Shown here in pieces: positions 14,663 to 27,750 of a DNA stretch of 64,000 nucleotides. Positions within the stretch are counted from its first letter, which is position 1, and each line of letters opens with the position of its first letter. A program made the position numbers and the translations under genes. This DNA is from Malacoraja senta (Eukaryota): positions 25,174,001-25,238,000 of the forward strand of contig CM075989.1 in the NCBI GenBank assembly GCA_038087875.1, read 5' to 3'. The notes under the pieces were generated by a model that was not told the DNA's origin, ran no database searches, and saw only the letters and a program-made list of their open reading frames with translations.

Positions 14663-15863
14663 TACCCATGTTCTCCACAGATGCTGCCTGACCCGCTGAG
14701 TTACTCCAGCACTCTGTGAAACGTCACCTATCCATGTTCTCCACAGATGCTGCCTGACCCGCTGAGTTACCCCAGCACTCTGTGATTTGGAGAAAATCGC
14801 CTCTGTACTGGTTGACGTTTGTAAAGAGCAGCGTACGGAGTTCTCATGAACAGAAACCCAGGGACGGCCTATACAGGGCTTACGGGGTTTCAATGGAATA
14901 TTAACTTGATAACGTCTTTATCCAAGAACACCGAGATTCACTAGTATGTCAGTGCAGACAAGAACTTGTAAAGTAAAAAAAGAAAATGCCAAAGGAATCA
15001 AATGCTGTGCCAATGGGAAGTTGTCCACTGTGAGTGCTACTTACAAAAACATCCTGATCCAGCAATAATGTCAGAGTTCCCTTCATGTAATTTCAACAAG
15101 TGCTTGGTTTGAAATCTAATTCTTTGTCTCAAACCTACAGCAGACAGCTCCAAGGTACGAACAGTGAGTTTGTTTCCACATCAGGTTTCAGGGGCAGTGG
15201 TCCTGAATTTATCTGTGACCAGTGGCAGTATTAGTCAGGACTGAGATATGTATAACTGGTGTGAAGGAATTAATCTTTTAAGCTTGTGGTTATGCATGAA
15301 GAGCTTTGATAAGATTAATTTTGAAGATCTGGCGTGTTTATTGATCTTGACGATTGAAAGAGGGGGAGGAGGCTGAGGGCAATGCCAACTGGAGATGACA
15401 GAATATTAAGAATGAGGTGGAGGTAACTGGAGGCGAGGGGGAGGTGGCACAAGTTAACCCTTCACACTGATAGACTTTAACTAGTTATTGTCTCCTTACC
15501 GACACTGGACTAATTATGTCAATAACTGGGTGCTGCTTTACAGGATTATGTTAATGCTGTCCCATCTAATCACCATGAGGACAGGAAGGCTCAGCCAACT
15601 CTGGGAGGTGGAAAGTCATTAATCTGAAACAATAACTCTGTTTCTCTCTCCATTGATGCTGCCTGACTCTCTAAATGTTTAATAAGTTTCTGTTTTTATT
15701 ATTCTGTGCCTCAATGCAAAGGTATTTTCATGGGATAGTATTGGAGCCATTGACACAATAGAAGGGGCTGAGCTGCCTGTCCCTGTCTACCAGTGTTGCC
15801 TCCATTGGAAATGGTTCTGCAGTCATTACACTAAACCTCAGATTCAAAGCGAGTGCTACATTA

Positions 15864-16245
15864 GGCTGGCGCAGCAGGCAGAACTGCTGTCTCACTGCAT
15901 CAGAGACACGGGTTTGATCCTGACTACAGGTGCTATCTGTGTGGTGTTTGCACGTTCTCCATGTGACCGCTATGGTTTCCTCTGGGTGCTCCAGTTTCCT
16001 CCCACATGCCAAAGACGTGCAGGTTTGTAGGTTAATTGTGTTCTGTAAGTTGTCCCGAGTGTGTAGGGAATGGAAGTGAAAGTGGAATAATGTAGACTTA
16101 GTGTGGTTGACATGAGCTAGTGGGCTGAAGGGCCTGGCTGAAGAAGGGTCTCGACCCGAAACATCACCCATTCCTTCTCTCCAGTGATGCTGCTTGTCCC
16201 ACTGAGTTACTCCAGCGTTTTGTGTCTGTTCCTTCGGCCTGTTTC
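15864..16245 (+). mobile_element. V-SINE with a Penelope-derived repeat (16137-16235) inserted in its tail
   Basis: SINE head and V-domain. ggcctg occurs on both sides of the inserted repeat. Confidence 0.75.
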
Positions 16246-16369
16246 CATTGATGTATTCCTCAATGAATCAACCAATTGCTACTAGGATGAATTGCTAAAG
16301 CCACAGATATTACTGGTGGCCTCACGGTAAGTGCTCCATCTTTACCGTGTGTCTGCCTTTTGTTTGCAG

Positions 16370-16510
16370 GCTGATGTGGACAAGGCGGTGCAGGCAGCTC
16401 GGGCAGCGTTCCAGCAGGATGCACCCTGGAGACAGCTGGACACATCTACCCGGGGGAGACTCCTGTGTAGATGGGCAGACCTCCTGGAGCGGGACCGGAA
16501 CATTCTAGCT
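16370..16510 (+). CDS. ALDH1A3: ALDH1A3 coding exon 3 ([47 protein letters not shown])
   Basis: tttgcag acceptor, GCT|gtgagt donor, 141 nt, phase 0-0. Confidence 0.93.
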
Positions 16511-17539
16511 GTGAGTCAAGATCATGTGACTATACCACCCGTCTACTCAGTAACTGACCACATTTAATCCTCACTCCCATTTTTGTCACCTGAGCGGTTT
16601 CATTATTCCCTGCTTTTACAAAACTCAAATGGCACTTTTTAAAACACCCAATTTTATGTAAATTTAAATTATAGATCGTCATAGAGTCACCCAGCACGGA
16701 AACAGGCCCTTCGGCCCAACTAGCCCACACCGGTTAACATGTCCCATCTACACTAGTCCCACCTGCCCACGATTGGCCCATATCCCTCTAAACCTGTCCT
16801 ATCCATGTACTTGTCCAAATATTTCTTAAATGTTGGGATAGTCCCTGCCTCATCTACCACCTCTGGCAGCTTGGTATAAACCAACATCTGTGGTTCTTTG
16901 TTTCCATATACTAGGGTTGAGCCTGATCCTGCTGATTCGGCCCATGGTTTAGTGACTGCCCCCTCATAGCTTCTAACGAGAGACCATCCATCCGGTGATC
17001 CATTCGAAATGTTAGGACCTCACATTTCTTCCCGAGTGCTGCCGTCAGACAGCACTAGGTACCGAATAAAGTATTAGAGTTAATAGAATAATACGATTAT
17101 CCCACATCACAGCACAAGATGACAAGTTAAATTAATTTTCACTAAATGAACGCGGATTATTACTGAGATATGTTTCCATGAAACAAAGGGCTTTATAAAT
17201 TAAAGGAATGATAGACAATGAGGTATCTGAGCAGTAGATAAACCCTTTTGTTTTGCTGATGATTCTATTACTGAAAAAGAGAAAAATGATACAAGGACAT
17301 TACAAATACTTTGTACATCAGAGGAACAGCACAGAGTAATTCAATAGCAAATAAATAGCTTTGAGTCAAGTTCCAATGCACCTGGCCCAGACCACATTGT
17401 CTGCAAACTTTGTTCTTTTCATGTTAACACGAATAAAGAACAATCACAACTCTGATTGCAAATATTTAGTTTGTCAGTGACTGTCCCCATTGTCACTCAG
17501 CACTACCACCAAGGCAGCCCATTGACATCGATGAAGGGA

Positions 17540-17910
17540 ACAGGCCCTTCGGCCCACATCTGTGCTCAACATGATGGTACATGAAACTAATCTCCTCTGC
17601 CCTCCATTCCCCACATATCCATGTGTTTATCTATTAAAGCCTCTTAAACATCACTATCGTATCTACCTCCACCACCACCCCTGGCAGCACCCTCCACCCT
17701 CTGTGAGAATAAACATGCCCACACATCTCTTTTAAACTTGGCCCGTTCACTTTCAAGCTATTCCCTCTAGTCTTTGACATTATCACTCTGGGAAAAAGGT
17801 TCTGACTATCTACCCTATCTACACCTCTCATCATTGTCTGTATCTCTACCAGGACTTCCCTCAGCCTCCAGAGAAAACAATCCAAGGTTTTCCAACCTCT
17901 CCTTATAGCT
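17540..17910 (-). mobile_element. Degenerate CR1-like LINE 3' fragment (boundaries approximate)
   Basis: Minus-strand MRGVDRVDSQNLFPR...TRGNSLKV motif. Confidence 0.7.
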
Positions 17911-20200
17911 GATACCTGTGATCAATCAAGAGCTTGTACATGTGTAAGTTGTCCCCCTTTAGAGCCTCTGGCTGCGACTGAGTAAACGTACACGGGTTTG
18001 TCACTGTTCAACACCTGCATTATGCTTATTGCACCAACAACATTACCAAAACAACCAAGTTATTATAACATTAGAGTCCTAGAGACACACCATTCAGAAA
18101 CAGGCCCTTCGGCCCACCACTTCAAAACTAACAATCAAGTGCTCTCCATACCAAGCGGGTCAGGCAGTATCTCTGGAGAAAAACAATGGGTGACGTTTCG
18201 GGTCGGGACCCTTCTTCAAACTTCACCAACAGCAGTTCTGTGTTTCCACCCATCTATGCCAGAGCCATTTGCCAGGACTTGATCTGATTCTTTGTGTTAA
18301 TCAAATGCTCATCTCGATGCTGGTTAAATGTTGTGAGAGTCCCTGCCTCCACCATCCGCTCACGCTGTGCTTCTAGATTCCAACTGCCTCTGGGTGTAAA
18401 ATCCTCAAACATTCTTTGTTCCACGCTGATGTCTGGAGGTTGGCTGTTGGATGTTGAAACAATGGTGGCAGGACTAAAACAATCTGCTGACTATAAATCA
18501 CATTAGCACGTTCTGAAAGGCAATACGTAAATGCAAGCCTTTCTCCACTTTGTTGATCAGTCTACCGTGCTTGGCTGATATTGACCACACTTCATTATTG
18601 ATCTAGTTCCTCTGGTCACTGGGAGATTTCTCTGGACACAGTGGAAGTGCATTTTTCCATTCTCTTGTTGCTTCTGAAGCATGAGAGGCCACTTGGGTTT
18701 CTGTGCCACAAAACCTTACTCCACTATTACCGACATGAGGGCTGCCATATTGTCCCACCACGCAGGTCCACGTATCCTTGGCAACCAGCAGGAAGTATGT
18801 TGGATAACATTAATGACCATGCCGCCTCCCTCAGTGATATGGGCAAGGAAGGCAGGAGCAGCGAGGGAGAGAGAATGGGCAAGGAAGGAGAGGAGCAGTT
18901 AATGGGAGAGAATGGGTGAGGAAGGCAGGAGCAGTGAGATTGTTCAAACCCCAGGGCTGCCAGAATGCGCAGAGACCGAGTGTTTATGTATCAGAGTTGC
19001 TTCAAACCGTAATGTGGTAATGTCCCCACTGTCTCACTGAAGCTTTGCTCTACCCTGCACTGAGCAACTTGGCATGGAGCCACTGTCACAGATACCTTGG
19101 CTGCTGTACTCCTCTAACACTGCAGTTTCCCAAGGGTGTAGGATATCATGATTTGTACACATGGGCTCTTTCAGTCTGAATCAGGGCAAGCCTGAGAAAG
19201 AGGAAAGGACAATAGTTGATGCAGATAGTGGTAGTGTCACTTTGGATGGCCACCATTAGTGTAGGAGATACTGGGAAACTGGATCACCGTCTGTTCAACA
19301 AAGATGAAAGATTTATGGATGTTTGATAGAGAAACCCATTTTCCTATTTGATCTTGGAGGATAAAACCAGTTAACATGATAAGCATCAGATGTTATATTG
19401 AGCAGTAAATCAAAACAAGAGCATTTTGTGAGCAGTGTTTTGAAGTCTAGAAGTAATGATTCTATTACCACGCCCAACCTGCCCACACCGACTAACGTGC
19501 TCCATCTACACTTGTCCCACCTGCGTGCATTTGGCCCACATCCCTCTAAACCTATCCTATCCATGTACCTGTCCAATTGTAGTACCTGCCTCAACTATCC
19601 CCTCCAGCTGCTCGTTCCATACACCCACCACCGTTTGTGTAAAAAAAGTTAACCCTCGAGTTACTATTAAATCTTTCCCCCCTCACCCTAAACCTCTGTC
19701 CTCTCATTCTCGATCCCCCAACTCTGTGCATTTACCCAATCTATTCCCCTTATAATTTTGTACACCTCTATATGACCCCATGACTTTATTCAGTTCTGTT
19801 CCAATAATGCATCACCATGTGGCCAAGAGGCAAGATCGCAACAATCTTCTTACTTGAGGTAAACATTGGCAAAGTAGGAATTGTATTACAAAATTGGCAG
19901 ATGGTGACCAACGCCACCGAGAGAAAGTTGAACCACTCGTGGGGTGCCGTCTCATTCAGGGGTCGCAGGTTATCTGGGAAAAAGAAGACACAAAATGATG
20001 AAGCAACTCAGTGGGTCATGCAGCATCTCTGGAGAACAAGGTTCTGACCCGAAACGTCACCTATCCACATTCTCCAGAGATGCTGCCTGACCCACTGAGT
20101 TACTCCAGCACTCTGTGAAACGTCACCTATCCATGTTCTCCACAGATGCTGCCTGACCCGCTGAGTTACTCCAGCACTCTGTGAAACGTCACCTATCCAC

Positions 20201-20681
20201 AATGAATGGTTTCTGTTCAATAATATGGGGCGAGTTGATTCTGATTATAGTTTCCAATTCCAAATTCTATTTAATTAGGTTTTTGTGAAACTTGGTTTTG
20301 TGGGTGAAGATTTGGATGGGCTTGTAAAGATTAGTTTAGTTTAGAGATACAGCATGGAAATAGGCCCTTCGGCCCACAGATTCCGCACTGACCTGCGATC
20401 ACCCATTATGCGACCTGCAAAAAATCTATTACATTAATATCAATAACAAATATTTTATAATGCATTAAAGAATGGTAGCCAGGGACAATTCATATCACTG
20501 TGCAGTATACAAGACAGTATTGGTGTAGGATTGGGATAACCAAAGTAGACACATCTGAAGAAGGGTCCCGACTCGAAACGTCACCTACCCATGTTCTCCA
20601 CAGATGCTGCCTGACCCACTGAGTTACTCCAGCACTCTGTGAAACGTCACCTATCCATGTTCTCCACAGATGCTGCCTGAC
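20201..20681 (+). repeat. 481-bp direct duplicate of 14278-14758
   Basis: Read-through comparison found one mismatch. Offset is 5923 bp. Confidence 0.9.
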
Positions 20682-20819
20682 TCCAACACTTTGTGTCTTT
20701 TTATTTTGTAAACCAGCATTTGCAGTTCCTTGTATCTACTGGTGAATTGGGCCTATTTTCAGGGCTAACTGATTAATGGTCCAATCTATTCTAAATCCAC
20801 TCCAATTTGAACTTATCAG

Positions 20820-20949
20820 ACGCTTGAAACATTGGACACGGGCAAACCGTTCCTGCAATCATTTGCCATCGACTTGGAAGGATGTATAAGGACACTACGC
20901 TACTATGCTGGCTGGGCAGATAAAATCCATGGGAAGAGTATACCAGTGG
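20820..20949 (+). CDS. ALDH1A3: ALDH1A3 coding exon 4 ([43 protein letters not shown])
   Basis: ttatcag acceptor, G|gtgagt donor, 130 nt. DTGKPFL and [12 protein letters not shown] resemble ALDH1A3. Confidence 0.95.
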
Positions 20950-21124
20950 GTGAGTCTCACATCTTTCATGGAATTTTACTGTTTACACAAGTAAATCTGA
21001 CAACGCTCTTGTACGAACCAACCAGAGCCTGCAATATTATCTTCAGAAATTCCCTGGACTGCCTCGATCACCAATGAGATATTCGGGCTGGTTCTGTGAT
21101 CATCACACCGACTGTATCCAAGCA

Positions 21125-21985
21125 ATGACTCTCCTTTGTCTATCCTGTCCATTCCTCAAAGAATTTGTCAGGCAAGATCTCCCCTTCACAAAACCATGCT
21201 AACTTTGCCCTATTTTATCATGAGCTACTAACTACTCTGAAACCTCATCCTTAATAATGGACTCTAACATCTTACTAACCACTGAGGTCAGGATAACTGG
21301 CCTATAGGTTCCCCTCTTTTACCCTGCTCCCTTCTTGCACAGCAGAGTAACGTTTACAATGTTTTAGTCCTCTGCGACCACTCCTGACTCTAGTGACTCC
21401 TGAAAGATCACGACTAACTCCTCCACAATCTCTAAAGCCACCTCTTTCAGAGTCCATCCATCCAGGTGACTTATCCACCTTCAGCCCTTTAAACTTCCCA
21501 AGTAATAGCCTCTCCACTAACTCCCACCCCCCGAGTCTCTCCAGCACATTGCTGGTGTCTTCCACTGTGAAGACTGACAATAAAATCATGTTCAATTCAT
21601 CTGCCATTTCTTCATTCCCCATTACTACTTCTCCAGCATCATTGTCCAGTGGTCCAATGCCCTCTCTTTCTATATCCAAATAAACGTTTGGTGCCCTCTT
21701 TATATATTATTGGTTAGTTTACTTTCATATTTCTTCTTTTCTCCCCTTATTGCCTTTTTGGTTGCTCTGTTAGTTTTTAAAAGTTCCCAATCCTCTAGCT
21801 TCCCATTAATCTTTTAGTTTAATGCAGTCATTAACACATTGATTATCTTTGTTAGGCAAGGTCACCTCATTCACCCCTGAGAATCTGTTTTCCTCTTTTG
21901 GATGAAAAGATACAGAATCATTTGAATTATTCCCCAAAACACTGTCATTGCTGTTCCACCGTCATTCCTACGAGGGTCCCTGCTA
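21125..21985 (-). mobile_element. Degenerate internal CR1 ORF2 fragment (boundaries approximate)
   Basis: Minus-strand EMADELN...SVFTVED...LKVDKSPG motifs, with frameshifts. Confidence 0.8.
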
Positions 21986-22275
21986 GGACACGGACACGCA
22001 GTAACATGTGGCACAGACTGGGACACACAGTAAAAAGGTGATGCATTATTGGAACAGAACAATGTGCTGGAGAGACTCGGGGGGTGGGAGTTAGTGGAGA
22101 GGCTATTACTTGGGAAGTTTAAAGGACACAGACACGCAGTGACGTGTGACATAGACTGGGACACGCAGTAACATGTGACACAGACTGGGACACACAGTAA
22201 CATGTGACACAGACACGCAATGACGTGTGACACATACACACAGTGACGTGTGACACAGACACACAGTGACGTGTG
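21986..22275. repeat. Imperfect minisatellite (cacagactgggacac[ag]cagtaacatgtg-like), interrupted
   Basis: Directly visible. Contains an inverted insertion at 22060-22125. Confidence 0.85.
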
Positions 22276-22564
22276 CAGAGTTGCTTCCTCACACATTCAT
22301 TAATCATCCAGCTTCACTACGCCTTTACCTCTGGCATGGTGCCTACATATTTCTCATCTCTATGTTTACTGCCTGACACTTAATGACAGACGTGCAAATG
22401 ATGCCCGTGTGCTGGTTCCAATATCCTGAGGTGTTTAAAATGCCACAGCATTAGAAGACTGTGCAACATGACATTCTGGAGGATTGTTCTCACAATGATG
22501 TTGCTGAATAAGTACTTTGATTCAAGTTTCGGTTGTCTGTCATTCTTGTCCTTTATTTCGGCAG

Positions 22565-22626
22565 ATGGAGACTTTGTCATGTTTACAAGACATGAGCCAA
22601 TTGGTGTGTGTGGTCAGATCACCCCG
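22565..22626 (+). CDS. ALDH1A3: ALDH1A3 coding exon 5 (DGDFVMFTRHEPIGVCGQITP)
   Basis: cag acceptor, CCG|gtaagt donor, 62 nt. Phases fit the neighbouring exons. Confidence 0.95.
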
Positions 22627-22825
22627 GTAAGTAGGCAACTTGCTGCAAGGACTTCCAGTCTCCAGCTCGCAGTATAAAGCTGCGTTCTGCTTTCAACAAT
22701 GGGGCAGGCGGCTCAGTGTGTTGGCACTTCAGCTGACCAAACCATGAGATACATTCCAGGATGCTTCTTGTGTCATTATCTCAGCTCCTGATCATAAACT
22801 CTCCCTCTCCCTCTCCCACTTATTC

Positions 22826-23380
22826 AGGTTCTAGGAGCAGAATTTGGCCATTCGGCCCATCAAGTCTACTCTACTATTCAATCATGGCTTGATCTATCTT
22901 TTCCCTCTTAACCCCATTCTCCTGCCTTCTCCCCATAACCCCTGACACCCGTACTAATCAAGAATCTATCTATTAGTGCCTTAAACATATCCATTGACGT
23001 GGCCTCCACAGCCATCTGTTGCAATAAATTCACATATTCACCACCCTCTGGCTAAAGATATTCCTCCTCATCTCCTTCCTAAAGGTACATCCTTTTATTC
23101 TGAGGCTATACCCTCTGGTCCTAGACTACCCCACTAATGGAAACATCCTCTCCACATCCACGCTATCCAGGCCTTTCACTATTTGGTAAATTTTAATGAG
23201 GTCTCCCCTCATCCTTCTAAACTCCAGCGAGTTCAGGCCCAGTGCTGTCAAATGCTCATCATATGTTAACCCACTCATTCCTGGGATCATTCTCATAAAC
23301 CTCCTCTGGACCCTCTCCAGAGCCAGCCCATCCCTCAGATATGGGGCCCAAAACTGCTCACAATGCATCTGACCAGCGCC
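22826..23380 (-). mobile_element. CR1-like LINE 3' fragment
   Basis: QFWAPYLRD..LALERVQRRF...LEFRRMRGDLI followed by a CR1 3' UTR. Confidence 0.85.
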
Positions 23381-23480
23381 ACTTGTAGCCACTCCTCCAG
23401 TGCAGTCTATCTCACTCACTAACCAACCCCAACACCTCTGGCCTTCCCATGTTTATGGGTGAATTTGTTATTTTCCTCAG

Positions 23481-23609
23481 TGGAATTTCCCTCTGCTGAT
23501 GTTCGTTTGGAAGGTGGCGCCTGCTCTGTGCTGTGGGAACACGGTGGTGATTAAACCAGCTGAGCAGACCCCACTGACGGCACTCTACATGGGAGCGTTA
23601 GTACGAGAG
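23481..23609 (+). CDS. ALDH1A3: ALDH1A3 coding exon 6 ([43 protein letters not shown])
   Basis: ttcctcag acceptor, GAG|gtcagt donor, 129 nt. Contains the WNFP and KPAEQTP ALDH motifs. Confidence 0.95.
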
Positions 23610-23809
23610 GTCAGTAACAGACATCTCTGTGAGTACTCTACATGGGAGCATTAATTAGGGAGGTCAGAAAGTCTGAGTGATGAAAGGTCTCGACCCGAAA
23701 CGTCACCCATTCCTTCTCTCCAGAGATGCTGCCTGTCCCGCTGAGTTACTCCAGCTTTGTGTGTCTATCTTCGACATCTCTGAGAGTACTGTACATGGGA
23801 TACACACAC

Positions 23810-25789
23810 AATTAAACGAGTATTTTGTATCAGTCTTCACCATAGAAGACACAAAAAATATTCCAACGCTGGATAAACAGGGGGCGGTAGGAATGGAGGA
23901 GCTAAATACTATTAAGATCACCAAGGAGGTGGTATTAGGGAAATTAATGAGACTGAAGGAGGATAAATCCCCTGGGCCTGATGGATTACATCCAAGGGTC
24001 TTGAGGGAGATAGTGGTGGGGATTGTGGATGCATTGGTGATAATTTTCCAAAACTCCCTGGAGGCAGGAACGGTCCCAGTGGATTGGAAAATGGCCAATG
24101 TAACACCTATATTTAAAAAAGGAAGTAAACAGAAGGCGGGTAACTATAGACCGGTTAGTCTAACATCGGTGGTGGGTAAAATGTTAGAGACAATTATTAA
24201 AGAAACACTAACGGGGCACTTGGATAAACATGACTTCATCGGACAGAACCAGCATGGTTTTGTGAAGGGGAAGTCCTGTTTAACGAATCTGCTCGAATTC
24301 TTTGAGGAAGTAACAACCCGGGTGGATAAAGGGGAACCGGTGGATGTGGTATACTTGGACTTCCAAAAGGCTTTTGACAAGGTGCCACATAAGAGACTAT
24401 TGCTAAAAATAAAAAATTATGGGATTGGGGGTAATATATTAGCATGGGTAGAGGATTGGCTAACAAATAGGAAGCAGAGAGTGGGGATAAATGGTTCATA
24501 CTCGGGATGGCAACCGGTAACTAGCGGGGTTCCGCAAGGGTCGGTGCTGGGACCCCAGTTGTTCACAATTTATATAAATGATTTGGAGGAGGGAACCAAG
24601 TGTAATATATCAAAATTTGCGGACGATACAAAAATGGGAGGAAAAGTAGGGGATGAGGAGGATAGGAAGAGTCTGCAAAAGGATATAGATAAGCTAGGTG
24701 AGTGGGCAACAACTTGGCAGATGAAATTTAATACTAATAAATGTGAAGTCATTCACTTTGGGAAAAAAAATGATAGGGCAAGTTATTTTCTAAATGAGGT
24801 GGAGCTGCGTTGTAATGCAACGCAAAGGGATCTAGGGGTAGTAGTACATGAATCACTAAAAGTTAGTATGCAGGTGCAGCAAGCAATCAGGAAGGCCAAT
24901 GGAGTTTTGGCCTTTATTGCTAGGGGGATTGAGTATAAAAACACGGAGGTCTTGCTGCAGCTGTACACAGTATTAGTGAGACCACATTTGGAATACTGTG
25001 TACAGTTCTGGGGTCCATACTTAAGAAAGGATGTACTGGCCCTGGAGGCAGTGCAGCGAAGGTTTACAAGATTAATTCCTGCAATGAGGGGATTGACATA
25101 TGAGGAAAGGTTAAGTAGGCTGGAACTCTACTCTTTGGAGTTTAGAAGAATGAGAGGCGATCTCATTGAAACATATAAGATCGTGAGGGGCCTTGATCGG
25201 GTGGATGCACCGAGGATGTTCCCAATGATCGGGGAAACTAGAACTAGGGGACATAGTTGTAGAATAAGAGGGGGCTCTTTTAAAACTGAGATGAGGAAGA
25301 ACTTCTTCACCCAGAGGGTGGTTAATTTATGGAATTCACTGCCCCAGGGAGCAGTGGAAGCAGAAACATTAAATATATTTAAGTCTAAAATAGATGGTTT
25401 TTTAGCTGCCAAGGGGATAAGGGGCTACGGGGAGAGGGCAGGGATATGGACCTAGGTATGGTTAGTATAGTAAGACCTGAGTGATCTCCTGGACAAGTGT
25501 CGATCGCCTGGATTGGGGTCGGAGAGGAATTTCCCGGATTTTTTTCCCGAATTGGACCTGGGTTTTTATCCGGTTTTTTGCCTCCCCCAGGAGATCACGC
25601 GGTTCTTGGGGTGGAGAGGGGTGATAGCGAGATAAAGGGGAGGGTAGTGTCTTGTGTTCTGTGTCTTGTGTCTACTGTTTGTGGGTAAGGGTGTCTCTTT
25701 AGTGTTCAGCCATGAGCGAATGGCGGTGCGGGCTCGATGGGCCTGGTGGTCTACTCTCGCACCTACTTTCTATGTTTCTATGTTTCTAT
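23810..25789 (+). mobile_element. CR1-clade LINE, 5'-truncated, with an uninterrupted reverse transcriptase ORF and 3' UTR (ALDH1A3 intron 6)
   Basis: ORF open to 25455 with KSPGPDG, NYRPVSLTS, YLDFQKAFDKVPH, GVPQGSVLGP and KFADDTK. Ends in a (TTTCTATG)n tail. Confidence 0.95.
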
Positions 25790-26822
25790 AAAGCTGGAGT
25801 AACTCAGTGGGATAAGCAGCATCTCTGGAGAAAAGGAATGGGTGGCGTTTCGGGACAAGACCCTTCTTCAGACTGGTCAGGGATAAGGGAAACGAGATGT
25901 ACATGGAAGAAATAGAGTGTTAATCAGGCAGCCTGTATCAGCAAAATATAATCGTATAATTATTTGAGAAAGAAAATATAAATAATAGAAGTACAGATTA
26001 TTCTAAGAACATTTGGTATGTATAATGCAGACAGGTAAAGTCCCATCATTGATGAGACCGTGACCTTAGATGCAGTTGGCGTTACACAGTGCCACAGAGA
26101 TGTATCTGTGATGACCATTTAACACACATTGCTACACAAATACTACACAAAGCCATGTTATTCTCCTGACATTCTCACCAACCTGCCCCCCACTCACCAA
26201 CAATTTGTTATTAATTTCCACACTAGCTGGCAAATTCACCAACAAACCCGCACGTCTTTGGGATGTGGGAAAAAAACGGAGCACCCGGGGAAACCCATGA
26301 GGTCACTGGGAGAACGTGCAAACTCCGCACAGATAGTGCCCCTGGTCAGGATTGAACCTGAATGAAAGAGGCTGTAAGGCAGCAGCTCTACCTGCTGCAT
26401 CACGGTGTTGAATCATTGTCACGTGACAAGTCTTTGTTGACACATTCCATTGTGGTCACCCCACACAGGCTTCTCCTTTGTACTACGTCAGTGTAAATGG
26501 GTGCTCTATTGTAGGTGGGGATGGAGCAAGCTGAAGAGCCTGGTTCCATGAAGCCTAGGCTTTGTGGCTGTAGATACTTGGGGACCTCCTTGGGCTGTTC
26601 AGTGCTCCAGCACAGAGCTGCCTCATGTGGGATACACTGCCCCCTGCTGTCCAGGTCCCCAGCTGCAGGTTGAAGTGTGAGCCTCCAGACCAGGGCGACG
26701 TTGGCCCAGAGAAACACCATGGCATTGACAGCTGAGACCCCCAGCAAGAACATGTGGGATTGGGGGGGGACGGGTTTGTGGAGGGGAGGGGGAGAGATTG
26801 TGTCACCTCCTCCCGGTTCTTC

Positions 26823-27750
26823 AGTTTGCGGATGACACGAAGCTGGGGGGCAGTGTTAGCTGTGAGGAGGATGCTCGGAGGCTGCAAGGTGACTTGGATA
26901 GGCTGGGGGAGTGGGCAAATGCATGGCAGATGCAGTATAGTGTGGATAAATGTGAGGTTATCCACTTTGGTGGCAAAAACAGGAAAGTAGACTATTATCT
27001 GAATGGTGGCCGATTAGGAAAAGGGGAGATGCAACGAGACCTGGGTGTCATGGTACACCAGTCATTAAAAGTAGGCATGCAGGTTCAGCAGGCAGTGAAG
27101 AAGGCGAATGGTATGTTAGGATTCATAGCAAAAGGATTTGAGTATAGGAGCAGGGAGGTTCTACTGCAGTTGTACAGGGTCTTGGTGAGACCACACCTGG
27201 AGTATTGCGTACAGTTCTGGTCTCCTAATCTGAGGAAAGACGTTCTTGCCATAGAGGGAGTACAGAGAAGGTTCACCAGACTGATTCCTGGGATGTCAGG
27301 ACTTTCATATGAAGAAAGACTGGATAGACTCGGTTTGTACTCGCTAGAATTTAGAAGATTGAGGGGGGATCTTATAGAAACTTACAAAATTCTTAAGGGA
27401 TTGGACAGGCTAGATGCAGGAAGATTGTTCCTGATGTTGGGGAAGTCCAGAACAAGGGGTCACAGTTTAAGGATAAGGGGGAAATCGTTTAGGACCGAGA
27501 TGAGGAAAACATTTTTCACACAGAGAGTGGTGAATCTCTGGAATTCTCTGCCACAGAAGGTAGTTGAGGCCAGTTCATTGGCTATATTTAAGAGGGAGTT
27601 AGATGTGGCCCTTGTGGCTAAAGGGATCAGGGGGTATGGAGAGAAAGCAGGTACAGGATACTGAGTTGGATGATCAGCCATGATCATATCGAATGGTGGT
27701 GCTGGCTCGAAGGGCCGAATGGCCTACTCCTGCACCTATTGTCTATGTTT
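26823..27750 (+). mobile_element. CR1/HER1-like LINE 3' fragment
   Basis: FADDTKLGG...LVRPHLEYCVQFWSP...RVVNLWNSLP ORF followed by a CR1 3' UTR and ctatgttt tail. Confidence 0.93.

Noticed and set aside
23677..23809. N-terminus of the 592-aa ORF as a real RT start
   Set aside because: It derives from a Penelope-type repeat and intron sequence fused by chance to a 5'-truncated CR1. It starts at GTG and has no endonuclease.
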